Shown: positions 62,458 to 64,000 of the stretch, in pieces | Layout: every line of letters starts with the position of its first letter | Position numbering within the stretch: the stretch's first letter is position 1 | Assembly: GCA_026129305.1 (NCBI GenBank) | Contig: JAHCII010000010.1 | Coordinates: 7,277-71,276 of the forward strand | DNA: 64,000 bases | Direction of reading: 5' to 3' | Source of the DNA: Anaerolineales bacterium | GTDB lineage: Bacteria > Chloroflexota > Anaerolineae > Anaerolineales > UBA11579 | Notes under the pieces: generated by a model | Seen by the model: only the letters and a program-made list of their open reading frames with translations | Database searches by the model: none | What the model was told of the DNA's origin: nothing | Position numbers and translations under genes: made by a program

Positions 62458-64000
62458 CCCCGGGCTGGTTCAAGACCAACCGGCTATTCGTGGCCGATCT
62501 GGTATTGGTGGCGCTTAGTGTGGTGCTCAGCTTTGTGCTGCGCCTCAACCCGGAACAGTTCTTTCTAGACTACTTGCCGCCGCTTTTCTGGATGTTAGCC
62601 GTGGCTTTGCTGGTCAAGCCGTTCATCTACAGGCGTTTCGGCCTGTACCAGCGCGTCTGGGCCTATGCCAGCATCGAAGAAATGAAGCTGATCGTGCGGT
62701 CGGTGAGCGCCGCGGCACTGATCGTGGCGGCCATCATCTACCCCCTGTATTATTTGCGCGTTTTCCAACCCTTTGCCCTTTCGCTGCCCATTTTTGACTG
62801 GCTGCTCTCGCTGGCCCTGGTGGGCGGCCTGCGCTTTGGCCTGCGCCTGCTGGCCGAGCAGCGCAGCACGCTGCAGCGCATGGCCGGCGCCGGGCTGCGC
62901 CGCGCTTTAGTGGTGGGCGCCGGCGATGCCGGCGCGCTGGTCGTGCGCGAAATGCAAAAGAACCCACAGGCGGGCATTGCGCCGATCGGCCTGCTGGATG
63001 ACCAGCGGGAGAAGCACGGCCAACACATTCACGGCGTGCCGGTGCTGGGCGCCCTGTCTGACCTGGAAAGCCTGGCCCGCGAACACGGCGTGGACGAAGT
63101 CGTCATGGCCATCCCCAGCGCTTCAGGGACGGTGCTGCGGCAGGCCGCCGAGGCCAGCCACCGCGCCGGCCTGCCCTTCCGCACCATGCCGGGCATCTAC
63201 GAACTTATCGGCGGCAAGGTCAGCGTCAACCGCCTGCGCGAGGTGGACATCACCGACCTGCTGCGCCGCCAGCCATCGCAAATTGACCGTGAGGGCGTGG
63301 GCAAGAGCCTGCGCGGCAAACGCGTGCTGGTCACCGGCGCCGGCGGCTCGATCGCCAGCGAGCTCTGCCGCCAGGTGGCCCGCTGGCAGCCCGCCCAGCT
63401 GGTGCTGCTGGGCCACGGCGAAAACAGCATTTTTGAAATCCTGATCGAACTGGCGGGCGATTTTCCCCAACTGCATCTGACCCCGATCATCGCCGATGTG
63501 CGTGATGCCCAGCGCATGCACACCATCTTTGCCGATCACAAGCCAGATGTGGTCTTCCACACCGCCGCCCACAAGCATGTGCCCTTGATGGAAGTCAATG
63601 TAGGGGAAGCCGTAGCCAACAATGTGGGCGGCACGCGCAACGTGGTCAACGCCGCCCTCGAAGCGAGGGTGCCGCGCCTGGTGATGATCTCCACAGATAA
63701 GGCCGTGCGCCCCTCCAGCATCATGGGCGCCACCAAACGCGTGGCTGAATGGATCGTGCTGGATGCGGCCACCCGCGCCCGCAAAGCCTATTCCGTGGTG
63801 CGCTTTGGTAACGTGCTGGGCAGCCGGGGCAGCGTGGTGCCGCTCTTCAAACGTCAGATTGCGGCCGGCGGCCCGCTGACCGTCACCCATCCCGAGATGG
63901 AGCGCTACTTTATGACCATTCCCGAGGCGGTGCACCTGGTGCTGCAAGCCGCCGCCTTCGATGAGCAGGGCCGCGTCTTCATGCTGGAGATGGGCGAACC
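62454..64000 (+). CDS. polysaccharide biosynthesis protein CapD/PglF/WbpM-like (membrane-anchored NDP-sugar 4,6-dehydratase), 3' end outside the window
   Basis: Not in the ORF track. I read the frame from GTG 62454 (GTGA overlap with the epimerase stop) as open to the window end. N-terminal TM segments, VVGAGDAGALVVREM, VLVTGAGGSIASEL, MISTDKAVRPSSIMGATKR. Confidence 0.85.
   Translation, partial: MTPGWFKTNRLFVADLVLVALSVVLSFVLRLNPEQFFLDYLPPLFWMLAVALLVKPFIYRRFGLYQRVWAYASIEEMKLIVRSVSAAALIVAAIIYPLYYLRVFQPFALSLPIFDWLLSLALVGGLRFGLRLLAEQRSTLQRMAGAGLRRALVVGAGDAGALVVREMQKNPQAGIAPIGLLDDQREKHGQHIHGVPVLGALSDLESLAREHGVDEVVMAIPSASGTVLRQAAEASHRAGLPFRTMPGIYELIGGKVSVNRLREVDITDLLRRQPSQIDREGVGKSLRGKRVLVTGAGGSIASELCRQVARWQPAQLVLLGHGENSIFEILIELAGDFPQLHLTPIIADVRDAQRMHTIFADHKPDVVFHTAAHKHVPLMEVNVGEAVANNVGGTRNVVNAALEARVPRLVMISTDKAVRPSSIMGATKRVAEWIVLDAATRARKAYSVVRFGNVLGSRGSVVPLFKRQIAAGGPLTVTHPEMERYFMTIPEAVHLVLQAAAFDEQGRVFMLEMGE

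Noticed and set aside
62926-63444. 172-aa plus-strand ORF and 274-aa minus-strand ORF (63123-63947) near the window end
   Set aside because: Both are wrong-frame or antisense reads of the CapD-like gene, whose frame is open from 62454 to the window edge and carries the Rossmann motifs.
1-64000. Search by eye for CRISPR arrays, rRNA, tRNA, integrase or recombinase genes and prophage structural genes
   Set aside because: None recognised. The only regularly recurring short repeats are the REP palindromes, which are dispersed rather than arrayed with spacers.

Overview
High-GC (about 65% by eye) bacterial chromosomal segment. Gene content and repeat families suggest Chloroflexota, possibly Anaerolineae- or Caldilineae-like, but that is inference only. 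All homology calls come from motif recognition in the supplied translations; no searches were run.

I support about 55 protein genes and found no rRNA, tRNA or CRISPR array.

Core content:
- A DNA-repair/SOS set: a short DnaE2-like Pol III alpha with a perfect GAAC-N4-GTTC LexA/Cheo box at its start codon, uvrC, cinA, ybaK, uvrB with a Cheo-like box, radC and comM.
- An ECF sigma / soluble ZAS anti-sigma operon.
- secG and tatA.
- A family-5 peptide ABC importer that continues into a BtrH_N/DUF4872-like gene, a signal-less GGT and a frameshifted mevalonate-diphosphate-decarboxylase homologue.
- A polar amino-acid ABC importer.
- A STAND (NB-ARC) NTPase and a TPR ORF that look like one gene split at a poly-A tract.
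- Tandem MFS paralogues and a Tat-exported L,D-transpeptidase.
- A CotH / DUF4956 / VTC cluster beside an OmpR/HK pair.
- The start of a polysaccharide locus. Its last gene runs off the window and is missing from the ORF track.

The accessory region is about 20.7-28.6 kb. It holds an intact RAYT-type Y1 transposase surrounded and interrupted in frame by a 28-bp palindromic REP family, and a low-GC type I R-M operon (hsdMSR). HsdR carries a DUF4145/HEPN-like N-terminus. The region also holds an acylphosphatase relic and a Phd/RelE toxin-antitoxin pair.

A recurring feature is sigma70-like -10 boxes 6-9 nt from start codons, which implies leaderless mRNAs. Many long ORFs in the track are antisense artefacts of the high GC content.
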